Of a DNA stretch of 24,677 nucleotides, positions 23,755 through 24,677 are shown piece after piece. The stretch covers positions 1 through 24,677 of the IMG/VR virus record IMGVR_UViG_3300032087_000962; one strand, written 5' to 3'. Position numbers and translations under genes: made by a program. The notes under the pieces were generated by a model. The model had not been told where the DNA came from. It saw only the letters and a list, made by a program, of their open reading frames with translations, and ran no database searches. Each line of letters opens with the position of its first letter. Positions within the stretch are counted from its first letter, which is position 1. The stretch is from a virus. Its lineage: Duplodnaviria > Caudoviricetes.

Positions 23755-24675
23755 CTATCGGATGTTTTGTACTACATCATTAGCAAATTCAATATCTAAA
23801 GTGTAGTTAATCAGTTTATCGTTTCGGCTTGTCTTGTAACTAATAGAACTTGATGAAATATTACAAGGTAATTCTTGACTATCGTAAAAAATCCATACGT
23901 TCTCGCTTAATAGCAGTTCTTTAAATACGTCATTATTGTTCTCTGGGTAAAAACCACTATTCAAAGTCAAAGATTCATTAGCGTTCTTTAAAACGATTGA
24001 TTTCTGCGCTGCAGTTAAGTTATAATCACCGTTACTTATAATATTCTTTTTATAATAAGTTACATTAGTATTCATATTCCTTACAGACTTCTTAAAAAAT
24101 GTTTGGCTTTGTAATGCACCATATTTATTTACAAATGTTAGTCTATAAGGTGTATCTAAACATTCTTCTACGTTTTCTACGGTGTAAGTATAAATATCAG
24201 CACCCAATCTAACCTCTACTTCATCTACATTTGCAGTTCCACCAGTATTTGAAAAATATTGTACTTGGTCATAGCTATTTGAAGTACTTACAATAGTTTC
24301 TGAATTTACTAATACATTATCTTTTAAAAATCTAATAATAGCACCGTTATAAGAATTATCTACTGGGAATCTTAATAAATGGTCTTTACTTTTTACTATA
24401 TGTGTATTTGATAATAAAGCTATTTTATCTAATTGCGGATTAACATCTTCTTCAAAATATCCATACCCGTCAAATCCTCTTAACTGCACCATTGTTTGTA
24501 CTGATGAACTGTTAATAAAATACCTTGTTACTTGATAATCTACCCAAACATTATTTTTGATGGCAGTATTATTTACAAAGTTTAAGGTCATTTCAATATA
24601 ATCCTTTACCAAGTCTGCTATTTCAAAATCCACCCTTGCACTTACTGCATTAGAACTTAAAGTATAAGTAGGATC
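23755..24675 (-). CDS. Tail structural protein, 5'-truncated (frame stays open to the window edge beyond the GTG at 24633)
   Basis: FEIADLVKDYI, FVNKYGALQ, ELLLSENVW and KLINYT motifs; upstream in-frame codons DPTYTLSSNAVSAR contain no stop. Confidence 0.7.
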   Translation of the reverse strand, partial: DPTYTLSSNAVSARVDFEIADLVKDYIEMTLNFVNNTAIKNNVWVDYQVTRYFINSSSVQTMVQLRGFDGYGYFEEDVNPQLDKIALLSNTHIVKSKDHLLRFPVDNSYNGAIIRFLKDNVLVNSETIVSTSNSYDQVQYFSNTGGTANVDEVEVRLGADIYTYTVENVEECLDTPYRLTFVNKYGALQSQTFFKKSVRNMNTNVTYYKKNIISNGDYNLTAAQKSIVLKNANESLTLNSGFYPENNNDVFKELLLSENVWIFYDSQELPCNISSSSISYKTSRNDKLINYTLDIEFANDVVQNIR

Positions 24676-24677
24676 AG

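Noticed and set aside
1-24677. Stop-codon reassignment (alternative genetic code) as in some Bacteroidota phages
   Set aside because: Genes are full length under the standard code; TAA, TAG and TGA all end genes at tight junctions.

Overview
AT-rich fragment of a tailed dsDNA phage (Caudoviricetes), most likely infecting Bacteroidota/Flavobacteriia. Evidence for the host: several TAnnTTTG '-7' promoters, A-rich leaders without Shine-Dalgarno motifs, and the gene families present. All credible genes are on the minus strand and tightly packed. In transcription order (right to left): tail proteins, tape-measure-like protein, XkdF-type prohead protease, scaffold, major capsid protein, putative tail tube, portal, head-tail adaptor, two paralogous fibre/spike proteins, a lysis cassette (M15A endolysin, holin), then a replication/recombination/early region (NinG, annealing protein, SSB, DnaB-like helicase, phage sigma factor, PD-(D/E)XK nucleases, 5'-3' exonuclease). 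About 14 small ORFs missing from the ORF track fill the gaps. The most interesting signals are regulatory: (1) a ~75-nt promoter-plus-terminator-bounded small RNA (6206-6283) that is antisense to the start-codon regions of the phage's own early genes; (2) a three-copy bipartite late promoter (CAAWT-N11-TCGTTTTAT) plausibly read by the phage sigma factor; (3) a ~260-nt promoter-driven, apparently structured non-coding RNA (6847-7110). Also notable are a Cys-rich cationic peptide coupled to the holin, a shared C-terminal docking-like motif on two virion proteins, and apparent CATG/CCGG avoidance. All protein calls come from motif recognition by eye; no database searches were run.
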